Shown here one piece after another: positions 1-11,305 of a DNA stretch of 64,000 nt. Numbering within the stretch: position 1 is the stretch's first letter; each line of letters starts with the position of its first letter. Source of the stretch: Azolla caroliniana (Eukaryota; Plantae; Polypodiophyta); the NCBI GenBank assembly GCA_043228905.1, contig JBHGNT010000016.1, positions 15,624,001 to 15,688,000 on the forward strand. The letters run 5' to 3'. A program made the translations under genes and the position numbers. Below the pieces are notes generated by a model. It saw only the letters and a list, made by a program, of their open reading frames with translations, had not been told where the DNA came from and did not search any database.

Positions 1-686
1 CTTCATATGCATCACCTCCCAGGTCGTGGCATCAATCTTGTTCGATTTCTTGTCCCCAAACTGTATCGGCAACCAGAGATCTTTGACCACCAACATGTCC
101 GTCATCTTAGACTTCCACAATGGGTAGTTGGAGCCGGTGAGCTTGAACATGCCGCCGAATGGATCCTCCATGCTCTGACACTAGTTTGTGAGGAATAGCA
201 CCTCGACCACAACTGAGTCTTAAACACTCAATGGAAGAAATAAAACGGAAATGAAGATTGATGCACTTACACAGAATGAGACGACACCAGATGTTAACGT
301 GGAAAACCCTAATTGGGAAAAACCACGGGAGCCCACAGACTCCAACTATCACTATGAGAGGAAGAATAAAATGCGAGACTCAGAGGCAATGGCCTCGAGC
401 TCTATGTCTTCACCAATTGGCGGTTACAATAGAAAAAAATGATTTTTTTTTCTCTTATGCACTATCTCTCTCTCTCTCTCTCTCTCTTTACAACTCGTAT
501 ATATGTTGATGATAACAACCACTACACCCCACATAAAGTGATTGCCCTAAGTCATATTTATACGTATATGACTTTAGGACTATTTACAAGTATGGCCATG
601 ACAGACACACTAGAAAACATATTTACAAATATGTCCCTGAACCTAGCTCACATCGGATCTCATCCGGAGGGACCAAATTCTCAACA
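1..686 (-). mobile_element. 5' end of a Ty1/copia element: 5' LTR 187-686, degenerate iMet PBS 172-183, gag N-terminus running off the window
   Basis: LTR is bounded by TG..CA (tgtgagg...tctcaaca). The minus strand reads tagtgtcagagc (decayed TGGTATCAGAGC) then ATG at 171: MEDPFGGMFKLTGSNYPLWKSKMTDML, a copia gag start. LTR is homologous to 2453-3285 and 16357-16929. Confidence 0.85.
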
Positions 687-719
687 GTATATATATCCAG
701 TAGCTAGCTCACGAGTCCA

Positions 720-1203
720 AGATCTATCTGATCATATATGTTGACAACATGCTTATTGTCGGGAGCAATCTATCAGAGATCAGAGAACTAAAGCGGAGCC
801 TTCATGAAAAATTTGCGATGAAGGATCTTGGACAAGCTCGTCATATCTTGGGTATGCAGATAGAGCGAGATCGGATGACCAAGACCCTCTAGCTCTCCCA
901 GTCCAACTATATTTGGAAGGTGCTAAGGCGATTCAACATCGAGAATGCGACGCCTGCACCTGCTCCGCTTCCGACATCATTTAGACTATCGAACAAAGAA
1001 TCTCCATCGACAGAAGAGGAGAGAGAACTCGTCATATCTTGGGTATGCAGATAGAGCGAGATCGGATGACCAAGACCCTCTAGCTCTCCCAGTCCAACTG
1101 TATCTGGAAGGTGCTAAGGCAATTCAACATCGGGAATGCGACGCCCGCACCTGCTCCGCTTCCGACATCATTTAGACTATCGAACAAAGAATCTCCATCG
1201 ACA
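720..1203 (+). pseudogene. Copia reverse transcriptase fragment with a 191-bp tandem duplication (837-1012 repeated at 1028-1203)
   Basis: Translates YLIIYVDNML...FAMKDLGQARHILGMQI with stops; the direct repeat is visible in the sequence. Confidence 0.85.
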
Positions 1204-2452
1204 TCATTTCGCTACTAGTCGCGCTTTGTAGCGGTTGACAGAACCGTCAACGTTGTACTTCACTTTGTAAATCCATCTGCATCCGATCGCCTTTTTGTGT
1301 GGTGAGGTGGGAACGAGATCCCATGTCTCATTCTTGCGTAGTGCCTGCATATCCTTGTTCATGGCTTCGATCCATCGCGGATCCTTGGCTGCTTCGGAAA
1401 ATGTTTCCGGCTCGCGTACTGTCGCCACCTTCATCATAAAGGCATAGTGATATGCCATGTAGTTGTTGTAGCCGAATCAGCTGACCGGATTCTTTTCACG
1501 GGTGGAGTGACAGAGCTTTTCCTTTGTAGAGATGAGGGCTTTCTTAGCTCCGATTGGTACATCGAAGCCGCCGAACTCACTGTCGAGTGAGTGAGTCGAC
1601 TCATCGTCGTCGAAGCGATCGTCTTCGTATTCCGCCATTTTCGCCTTGCCTTTGTCCAGCTCGGGCTAGGCCATGATGTGCTTTGATCGCTCAAAGGCTC
1701 TTGTGGTCTACTCAATCGGGTCGTGATCGAACTTTCTTCGAACATGCGCGTAAGGTGATCTTCATCCTCTATCTCTTGTTCGGCGGATTCCGGGTCGAGC
1801 GGAGTCGGAGTAGAAGTTGTCTCTGGTGCATACCAGGATGCGGACTCGTCAAAAACGACGTCTCGACTTACTTGAGATTTTCGAGTTGAGGGGTTGTAGC
1901 ACTTGTACCCTTTTTGCTCCAGTGAGTATCCTACGAGGATACATTTCTCCGACTTCGGGTCAAGCTTCTGACGCTTCTCGTCGGGGATGTGCATGTACGC
2001 TATCGCACCGAATATCCGGGTGTGCGATAAGTCCGGCTTCTTTCCGAAGTATTTTTTGTGCGGAGTGACTTCTTGCACTTCGGATGTTGTGCACTGGTTC
2101 ATTAGGTAGACGATTGTATTTGCAGCTTCGGCCCAATATGACTTGGGCATATGCTTCTCATTCATCATGGCCCGCGCTACTTCGAGGATGTGCTGACTTT
2201 TGTGCTCGGCTACTCCGTTTTGTTGCGGAGTGTGTCGTCAAGTGAATTCTCGCCGAATACCTTCCTTTCGGAGATACGCTGTGAAATCGTCCAAGAAGTA
2301 CTCCTTGCCACCATCCTATCGAAGGCATCGTACATGACGGCCCGTGGCTTTCTCGACTTCATTCTTGAATTTTTGGAAGTGTCCGAACACTTCGCTCTTT
2401 TGCCGCATCGGATAGATCCAAGTGTGCCTAGAGAAGTCATCGATGAAGGTTA

Positions 2453-3285
2453 TGACAAGAACTACACGCTCCGATGAACAACGCTCGGCCACAACTGAGT
2501 CTAAAATCAAACACAGAAAACGGATAATGAACGCACGACACAAAGGAGAGAAGAGTACACAGGATGTTTACATGGAAAACCCAAACTAGGGGAAAAACCA
2601 CGGCAGCCCACAGACTGCGAACTATCACTATATCACAATGATTACAACAATGAGCTCACGGAGGCAACGACCTCGTGCTCACGATCTTCGCCACAGGCGG
2701 CGGTTACAATAGAGGCAACGACCTCTTCGTTTCTCTCTCTCTCTCTCTATGTACACTGTTGCGCTCTAATTTTGTGCCAACAAGAATGACAACATTTTCA
2801 CTAAGTTTGCCCTAAGTCATATTTATACTAATATGATTTTTCGGCTATTTACAAATATAGTCCCGATGGACTCTCAGAAACATATTTACGAATATGTCCC
2901 TTCATCCGATGAGCACTCTTCACCGGGCTTGCATCATCCGGCACTTGCTGGGTACTCGTCATCCGGTTCTCACCGGGTCATCTATAGCCGGGTACTCCTC
3001 ATCCGGTTCTCACCGGGTCTTCATCATCCGGTTCTCACTGGGTCATCCGTAGCCGGGTACTCCTCATCCGGTTCTCACTGGGTCTTCATCATCCGGTTCT
3101 CACCGGGTCATCCGTAGCCGGGTACTCCTCATCTGGTTCTCACCGGGTCTTCATCATCCGGTTCTCACCGGGTCATCCGTAGCCGGGTACTCCTCATCTG
3201 GTTCTCACCGGGTCTTCATCATCCGGTTCTCACCGGGTCATCCGTAGCCGGGTACTCCTCATCCGGAGGGACCTGTTTCCTAACA
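2453..3285 (-). mobile_element. Solo copia LTR inserted in the host integrase
   Basis: Bounded tgacaag...cctaaca and homologous to LTR 187-686. Removing it plus 5 bp restores the host frame YYVTFIDD. Flanks are GGTTA/TGTCA (imperfect TSD). Confidence 0.8.
2985..3266. repeat. 65-bp tandem repeat (~4.3 copies) inside the solo LTR
   Basis: ggtactcctc recurs at 2991, 3056, 3121, 3186 and 3251; the unit is built from atccggttctcaccgggt subunits. Confidence 0.9.
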
Positions 3286-4241
3286 TGTCACATAGTATAG
3301 GCTTCCTCCATATGTTTCCGTTTAAGCCGGACCCCATATGTCGGAATGGACTACGTCGAGTAGACCTTTGCTCACGTTCTGGTCTTTCGGGAATGGGTGT
3401 CGGTGTTGCTTGCCGAATTGGCACGCTTCGCATACACCTTCAATCTCCTTCTCTTTGAATGTTGGGAGTTAGATGACGACTCCTTTCGATTTCATTGATT
3501 TGAGTTTGTGGAGATTGATGTGGTTGTTGATTCGCTTGTGCCACAGCTCTATGTCGGAGTTGGCTTTTGTGCTTTTTGCGAACATGGCGAATTTCATCTC
3601 GTGTGAATCGAGAATGAACATTCGGCCCTCTCTTCTTCCGCGCACGATGATTCGGCCCTCTTTTTCGATGAAACACCCTTCTTGGTCGAATCATACTTGC
3701 ATCCCTTGCTCAACCATTTGGCCGACCGAGACCAAATTCTTTGTGATGGTGGGAACATGCAAGACATTTTTAATGTATGTTTTCTTACCTCTTTCGCCGA
3801 ACGGAACATTGCGATGTGCCGAATCAGGTGCGTAGTGTCATCTCTGGTTTCGACATAACCAGGTCGCTCCGGCTCTCGAAGTTTGAGAAACCATTCTTTA
3901 TGAGATGTCATATGGTTTGAGGCTCCGGAGTCAATAAACCATACGTCCTCCGGATTGAGGGCCCTAGTTGAGGTGGAGGCCGACATAGAGTTTGCTCTAT
4001 GTTTCATCATGAACATTCCGCCACGGTTGGAGTTGTGTGCATACATTCCGCCACAATCTTCGTAGTCGGAGTTGTGCCCGTACATTCCCCTATACTCTTC
4101 GTAGTTGGAATTGTGCGCGTAATTCGTGGAAGCCGATTCTCGCATCTTCTTTCGGCACTCTTCTTCGTGGTGACCGAGCTTTTCGCAATATCCTTATTCG
4201 GTTGCGTTTTGATGGCTCGGGCCGGAGTGGAAGCTCCCCCT

Positions 4242-4585
4242 TGTTGAGCGGCAAGCTCAACCGGAGCCGGATCGGCTGAATAAGCCGGAGCCGGTAAGCG
4301 AGACGGATCGGGCGAAACGGATCGGTATGACGGTGAGCAACCGAACCGACAAGCAGTGGAGGCCGGGTGCAATCCGTAACCGGCAGTCCAATCGGAAGCC
4401 TAGTATAGGATAGACTACTAGGTAGCTATAGTCTTGTAGTAAGTGTCAGATGCTCGTGTGAGCATTGAAGTACATGGTACTTCTATCAGTCCCAAGAGGA
4501 CTTGTATAAATAGTGCTACTTAGCACAATGTGTATACAGAGTCTTGATATAATTTTGAAATTGTGTTCTGCTGTCTCTGTCTCTG

Positions 4586-4618
<33 letters not shown>

Positions 4619-7314
4619 GCGTGTTGTTCTCTGTTTTACGCTTCCGCAAACACTTACGTTTACATGGTATCAGAGCGCGAGGGTTGAGAACCTCTGCTGC
4701 AGACATTTGCTCTTGAGAAGAAAACCCTAACAGGTCGAAAACAGACACAGTAGAAGACATGGATAGAGGCATGGCTACGTCGCTCCCAGTGGAGACGCTC
4801 GACAGGAGCAACTACACATCCTGGTCTTACAAGATGCACCAGTACCTGCTTGGACATGGGTACTGGAGTTATGTCGAAGGAGCGAATGATGCGGTGCCAG
4901 ACTCGGCACACAAGGACTTCCCGGTATGGGAACAGGCGGCAAGCAGGGTGATGTACTGCTTCGCGTCCAGTGTCGGCGATCAGCTGCTCAGCCACATCCG
5001 TGACGCCAAGACACCGAAGGATGCTTGGGGGAACCTGAAAAAGGTTTTCGCCGCAAGCACCACTGCCCGGAAGTTGCAACTTAGACAGGAGTTGAGCAAT
5101 GTTCGACAGAAGAACATGTCCGTGGCAGACTACACAGGCCGGATAAAGGAGATCTGCGACTCGCTCGCCTCTATCAATGTTACCGTAGAGGAAGACGAGA
5201 TGGTGCAGGTATGTCTCGGAGGCCTGGCGTCCAAGTTCGGACTGGGTCTTCCCGAAATCAACCGCGTCAAAACCCAGTTGTCGGACGCATTCGAAATGAA
5301 GGACCTGGGGGACCTTCATTATTTTCTTGGGATCGAAGTGATCCGGACCCCCGACGGCATATTGCTCTCACAACGACATTACGTGTTGAATATGCTGTAT
5401 AAGTTCGGCATGACGGATTGCCGACCTGTCTCCACACCCCTGGACCGGAACCAGAAGCTCCGTCCCAACTCCGGACCGGCCTGCAATGAGAAACGGTTCC
5501 GACAGGTTGTCGGAAGCCTGATCTACTTAACCATCACCCGACCCAACATCAGCTATCCGGTCGGCATGGTAAGTCAGTTCATGCAGAAGCCGGCCGTGGA
5601 GCACCTTCAGTGCGCGCAACGAATATTACGGTATGTCAGCGGCACTAAGGACCGGGGACTGCTATACCGGCGAGGTATACCCGACGAGCTTGTCGGTTAC
5701 ACAGATGCTGACTGGGCCGGCGATGCGTCTGATCGCCGCTCCACTTCCGGATACATATTCTCCATAGGTAGTGCGGCCATTGCGTGGAGCAGCAAGAAGC
5801 AGCCCACAGTGGCTTTGTCAAGCACTGAGGCTGAGTACCGGGCCGCTACCGTTGCCACTTGTGAAGCCATCTGGCTTCGGCGACTGCTGCGAGACTTGCG
5901 GATCGAGGTACCGACCCCAATCCCGATTTACTGCGATAACATGAGCAGCCTGCAGCTCACCAGGAACCCTGTGTTCCATGCTCGCACAAAGCACATCGAG
6001 GTGCACTACCACTTCATGCGTGAGCGGGTCCTGAGCGGTGAAGTTGACCTACGGTATGTTCATACAAATCGGCAAGTTGCCGACATCTTCACCAAGCCGC
6101 TCGGATCGGACAAGTTGCAGCACTTTACCGACATGCTTGGTATTCAGCATCTCGACGTGCCGCACCTAAGGGGGAGAAGCAAGGGCAAAGTCTCTATCGA
6201 AACGGGCAATGGCCAAAAAACTGTTGAACCCGTCGGTAAGAGGAGAGCCGGAAGAAGAGGAGACAAGAAGATGAAGGAAGCCGAGTCGACGAAGGAAGTC
6301 GACACATCCGAACAGGTCGGAGCAAGCAGCTGTGAAGAAGAGTTGTGCACTCAGGAAGAGAAGTACATGTTGTGCGGAGGTCATCACGACGGTACTAACC
6401 ATGATACAGAGTCGAATGAAGAATTCGATTTCGGTTCACCGGTTGAAGAAGCCGAGGGAAGCATGGAGAAGGCCAAGACTCGGAAGTGGTCTGATGTGGT
6501 GAGAGGCCTGAAGCTGGAAGTCGAATCGGAGTGTACCGATTCGGACAAGAGCTGGAACGAGTCGGAGATAGCTGACTCGGATCAACAGATGGATCCGGAT
6601 GAGTCGGATCGACTAAAGGCCAAGGGGACATGGACACAGCGGAAGTTGATGCCATCGTGGGAGAACCGACGGATCGGCATGCGCCGGAGTCACAGCAACA
6701 TGAGTGCTGAGATGGGCCTATTGAGCAGACATGCCGACCGAGAGGGTCGAGGCACGCAGAACCAAAGGGGTCGCGGCAAACGGGACCGGACCGGACGAGG
6801 AGCGCGAGCAAGGCGGAGTGACGCTAGGAGAAGTCGGTTGGAAGAACCGACTGCCACAGAGGTTGACACTACGACCCCACCTCAAGTTGAGCTTGAGGGG
6901 GAGTGTTGAGCGGCAAGCTCAACCGGAGCCGGATCGGCTGAATAAGCCGGAGCCGGTAAGCGAGACGGATCGGGCGAAACGGATCGGTATGACGGTGAGC
7001 AACCGAACCGGCAAGTAGTGGAGGCCGGGTGCAATCCGTAACCGGCAGTCCAATCGGAAGCCTAGTATAGGATAGACTACTAGGTAGCTATAGTCTCGTA
7101 GTAAGTGTCAGATGCTCGTGTGAGCATTGAAGTACATGGTACTTCTGTTAGTCCCAAGAGGACTTGTATAAATAGTGCTACTTAGCACAGTGTGTATACA
7201 GAGTCTTGATATAATTTTGAAATTGTGTTCTGCTCTCTCTGTCTCTCTGTCTCTGTCTTTGTCTCTCTGCGTGTTGTTCTCTGTTTTACGCTTCCGCAAA
7301 CACTTATGTTTACA
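4242..7314 (+). mobile_element. Internally deleted (non-autonomous) Ty1/copia element; LTRs 4242-4664 and 6904-7314, TSD CCCCT
   Basis: Near-identical TG..CA LTRs, PBS TGGTATCAGAGC at 4665-4676, PPT gagggggag at 6895-6903, CCCCT at 4237-4241 and 7315-7319. Confidence 0.95.
4759..6909 (+). CDS. 716-aa Gag / partial RT / RNase H fusion with a long C-terminal tail (PR, INT and catalytic RT deleted)
   Basis: Gag (LDRSNYTSWSYKM...CLGGLASKFG) joins in frame to RT C-terminal FEMKDLGDLHYFLGIEV and RNase H (YTDADWAG, STEAEY, YCDN, ADIFTK). No YVDD, DSGA or integrase motifs. Confidence 0.9.
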   Translation: MDRGMATSLPVETLDRSNYTSWSYKMHQYLLGHGYWSYVEGANDAVPDSAHKDFPVWEQAASRVMYCFASSVGDQLLSHIRDAKTPKDAWGNLKKVFAASTTARKLQLRQELSNVRQKNMSVADYTGRIKEICDSLASINVTVEEDEMVQVCLGGLASKFGLGLPEINRVKTQLSDAFEMKDLGDLHYFLGIEVIRTPDGILLSQRHYVLNMLYKFGMTDCRPVSTPLDRNQKLRPNSGPACNEKRFRQVVGSLIYLTITRPNISYPVGMVSQFMQKPAVEHLQCAQRILRYVSGTKDRGLLYRRGIPDELVGYTDADWAGDASDRRSTSGYIFSIGSAAIAWSSKKQPTVALSSTEAEYRAATVATCEAIWLRRLLRDLRIEVPTPIPIYCDNMSSLQLTRNPVFHARTKHIEVHYHFMRERVLSGEVDLRYVHTNRQVADIFTKPLGSDKLQHFTDMLGIQHLDVPHLRGRSKGKVSIETGNGQKTVEPVGKRRAGRRGDKKMKEAESTKEVDTSEQVGASSCEEELCTQEEKYMLCGGHHDGTNHDTESNEEFDFGSPVEEAEGSMEKAKTRKWSDVVRGLKLEVESECTDSDKSWNESEIADSDQQMDPDESDRLKAKGTWTQRKLMPSWENRRIGMRRSHSNMSAEMGLLSRHADREGRGTQNQRGRGKRDRTGRGARARRSDARRSRLEEPTATEVDTTTPPQVELEGEC

Positions 7315-8280
7315 CCCCTTCTTGAGAAGGTTCCTCGTTGGCTTCCGTTTTGAGGCCGAAATTGGGAGTTGTTGCCGTAGGTCGGACCTCGTCCGCCTTG
7401 TCCTTGGCCAACTCAGCCTCTTGCTCGTCCGCGTCCTCTTCCTCCGTTCGAGTGTGTGTAGAGCATGTGGCCTTCTGACTCATTGCTCCTTGTACGCACG
7501 TGGTTTTCTTCTACCAATAGCATTGATTGGAGCTCAAAGAAGGAGGGAGATTTCTCCCTTGCTAGAACGGTAGTTCGTATCGCGCCGAACCATGGTGCGA
7601 GACCGCCAAGGCATATTTGCACCATCTCATCATCATCGATATTTACGCTTATCGAGCCGAGCTAGTCGCAAAGCGCCTTGATCTTCAAGGTGTATGTCGT
7701 GATGGACATGTCCCTTTGTTGAATGTTGTTCAACTCTTGGCGGAGTTGAAGCCTTCTTGCGGTTGTGTTCACCGCGAAAATCTTTCGTAGATTTTCCCAT
7801 GCCTCCTTCGGCGACTTGGCTTCGCAAATGTAGCCGAGCATGTGATCGTGAACACATGTTGCCAAGCAATACATCACGCGGCTTGCAGCTTGCGGCTTGC
7901 TCCCATGTCGCGTATCTGAGAGCCGCTTTGGCGGGTCGGTCTTCGTGCTCTCCTTTGATGTAGCTCCAATAGCCTTGTCCGACAAGGTATTGGTGCATCT
8001 TGTACTCCCAAGATGCGAAGTTGTTTCGATCCAACTTCTTGGTTGGGAGAGGGCTCCCCATTTGAGTATTCATTATGTCGATTCTTCTTCTTCTTCTTCT
8101 CTCTTCGAATGAGAGCTATGTAGCGAAGCTACAATAGCGATGATCCGGTTCTTCTTAAACGTCGGTGTAGAGCTCAACACACGCGGATGGGCTAGATGGA
8201 GCTACCAACTTCGCTCTGATACCATGTAAAGAATCGGGTATGATTCTTGTGTAGTGGAATAAGTGTGAACTGTGTGTGTG

Positions 8281-8336
<56 letters not shown>

Positions 8337-8640
8337 GAGGCGTAAGACACAGAGAATACGCAAAGTAAAGTATATTAACAAAGGAGGAAGACTCAACCAC
8401 ATACAAGGTGGGAGGAGGGTGCTTTATATAGTCACCCTCTCTCTTCATTAACTACAAGATTCATGGAGCATGGGGAATGTGAAAGCTCATAAGTTATGTG
8501 TCATAGAGTATGATTCTATGACTCATACTAAATGCTAGAATACAAAGAGGTGACATAATGGTGACTCTTGACCGTTGGAGTGTCTATTCGCTCTCAAGGT
8601 GAGTTCACACACTAGACCAAGTTGAGCTTGATTCTCAACA

Positions 8641-10487
8641 ATTCAACCTAAAATCAATGGAGGGTTGGGTTTGATAGATCCTTTGATGCAGTCAAGAGCT
8701 CTCTTGACTAAGTTTGTTATCAGAGGTTTGTTGCCAGGATCAGAAGCTTGGAAAGGAATGTTTTTAAATCAGTTAATGCAATTAACTCTTAAGAAAGGTG
8801 GAGCATGGTCACCCTCTCTAAAGTGGTTGTTCTTGAATGACATGAAAACGCCAAGGAGGAATCTTGCATCCAATAGATTTTTTCCAGGAATCATAAGAGC
8901 ATGGGATGCGATTAAATCATTTTTGCAACAGGACAAACCTTCTACTTGGGATGCATTACTTAATCAGCCTATGCTTGCCAATTCTCTATTTCGGGATAAT
9001 GTAGGAAAAGTATTGGGCATGCGTACTCACCTTGCTCGGGGTAAATTGGATAATGGGCCAATTGCATCTGTAAGATCTTGGACTCATTTTCAACATATGC
9101 CGCAAGAAGATTGACTTGCACATCTACAATTAGTTCATGGTGCCAAGATAATGATGTCCATCTTATCAGCAACATATTCTTCGTTTTTTACAACCTTGCA
9201 ACCTAGCCAGGAACATCTATGGTTTGGATGCTTCACAAATGATACATAAATGGTTGTTAAAGGCGTTTCACCTAATGGGTGCATTTCTTATTTTGAGGTC
9301 CTAGACAACAATAGATTGCAATCTTATACCTTTGATTGCAGTTATCCACAGGACTTGCGAAGTGCACCAGTTAGTGTGGTTGCTAAAACTGGAAAGAAAT
9401 GGATCCTTGATCCTTATCCATCAGTTGCTCATATGTGTGATATCTTGTGGCTATACACAAAAGATCCAGTTGCAAGATTAACATGGGATCCGGGGGGTTG
9501 GCTTTGGTCATACTCCTTGGGGGAAAAGAGCGTAAAGGTTCCCTTCTTTCAGTACTCAGTAAAACTTGGAAGATCATTACTGCTCTCTTAGAATGTAACG
9601 ATACCAGCAACTCAGAAACATTGGACCAATTGGGGTGTTTCCACTTTGCATTTGAGAACCTATTGGAAATGGATATGGTCATTCAAGGGGCCAACTAAAT
9701 TTATTCTCTTTCGGTGGTTATTAGTGCATATGGCACTACCCGTTGGTCATTCATTGAAAGGGAATGTAGCACCCAATTTGTAGCAATGTGGCTTTTGCCA
9801 TGAACCTCAGGAAACTACCAAGCATGTCATATGGTCTTGTTCTTTTGCTCAACAAGTATGGAAGAAAGTCATGTCTTTATTCCTAACAATCAATGTAGGT
9901 TGCCTATTCTCATGGGGATCAACGATGTGGGGAGTATTACACTCTGGCTTGATGTTGTATGAGGCAAACAATGTTCATGAGGCAATGACAATACATAATA
10001 GAAGATTGATATTAGTTGGTCCCTTCCAGCAACCTTGCAAGCAAGTGCGATCTGTCCAAATTTGGAAAATTGTGACCACAATAACATTACGAGCATTATG
10101 GAGATATCGATGTAACCGACTTTATGATGGGGTAGACATTCATCTCTCAGATGTGTTGTTTGAGATATGGGAGAACTTGCTGGTTGTAGTCCGTGGCCAG
10201 TATGACAATATGCAAGGTTCCCCAGATATTGTGAACAAGAAAAGGAAAAAGTTTCTTCACTTATGGAAAAAGGTGCCCCTGTTTACAATGTCAACTCAAG
10301 AACCTCAATGGCAATATTGACTTCCATGGACTCTTTCTTGAATATCAACAAATGTAAACATCTTTGTATTTTACAACATTGTATAGGAAAAGTTGTAACC
10401 TCCTTGGTAGCTAGGTTCAAGTTGTAGCCTTCGGGCGTTTTATTCTTTAAAATACTATTGAAGGAAATATTTTATAAAAAAAAGAAA
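8641..10487 (+). mobile_element. 3' remnant of an L1-clade LINE ORF2 with A-rich tail
   Basis: QPKINGGLGLIDP...RALL-K thumb motif; zf-RVT-like CGFC...ETTKHVIWSCSFAQQVW near 9780-9860; LWRYRC motif; A-rich end at ~10474-10487; many stops. Confidence 0.8.
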
Positions 10488-11305
10488 GTCTCGATTATCT
10501 ACGACCAATCTTTCTTCTAAACAAAGAATATTGGTGCACCAATAGAACATTGGCAATGTAGAATGAATGCATTAGCCAAATTCTTTTTGATATATTGTCG
10601 GAGAACATTAAGCTATGACAACACTTGTCGAAGATCGATTGGACAACCATAAGGTCGATGCCATAAGAACATACTAGCATTTTGCTTATCAAAGATACCT
10701 TTGAATTCATGATACTTGGTTGGAAGTTAGGTATCATACCATTGTGGACTATGCGGAGGCAGTATAGTACCATAAATATAAACATTTCTTTTACATAGGT
10801 GAACCAACCCCCTCTTCCTTTTGCACTTTTCTTTCTCATTTACCTCATATTGAAAACCTTATATTATTGAGGATGTGCCACATTTATATAAAGTTAGACT
10901 TTTGGCTTATGTACAATTGCTCAAATTTTGGTTGTTTAAACATTAGTTGGATTTCATTGTTTGTGTCTCCCTTTCTATGTTATTGTTAGATATTCATTCA
11001 AAACTCAAAGATCTACACCCTATTTATATTGAAAGACGCAACAAACAAGTTGATATTCAAAGTGCAAGACACAGTTATATTGGAAGGTACAAAATAGTTT
11101 TGTATGCAAATGCTTTGTCGAGAGGAAGGAGATTTAATTCAATGTTTCTTAATAGGTTGTGCAAACTGGACAAGCACTTTTAATCCATGGATATTGTAAC
11201 AAGCTTTTTACAATTAATATTACACATGAAAAAATCATCGTGAGTTTTGTTGAATAGTTCATGAGAATCACATGTTTTATTCTTATTTCATTTTTATATG
11301 TATGA

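Larger units (their letters stand above)
1204..8640 (-). mobile_element. Degenerate Ty1/copia element (5' LTR 8225-8640, iMet PBS 8213-8224, gag-PR-INT-start of RT), 3'-truncated at 1204; hosts two insertions
   Basis: PBS TGGTATCAGAGC abuts the LTR. ORF pieces include gag (KKLDRNNFASWEYKM), protease (WFIDSGASNHM), integrase (TFIDDFSRHTW, YWAEAANT) and RT start (YKVKYNVDGSVNRYKARLVAK). Confidence 0.9.

Noticed and set aside
8284-8335. (AG)n/(CT)n microsatellites and their SLSLSL/RERERE ORFs throughout the window
   Set aside because: Simple repeats, mostly inside LTRs; not coding.
10488-11305. Short ORFs downstream of the kinase
   Set aside because: AT-rich 3' UTR/intergenic sequence with no motifs.
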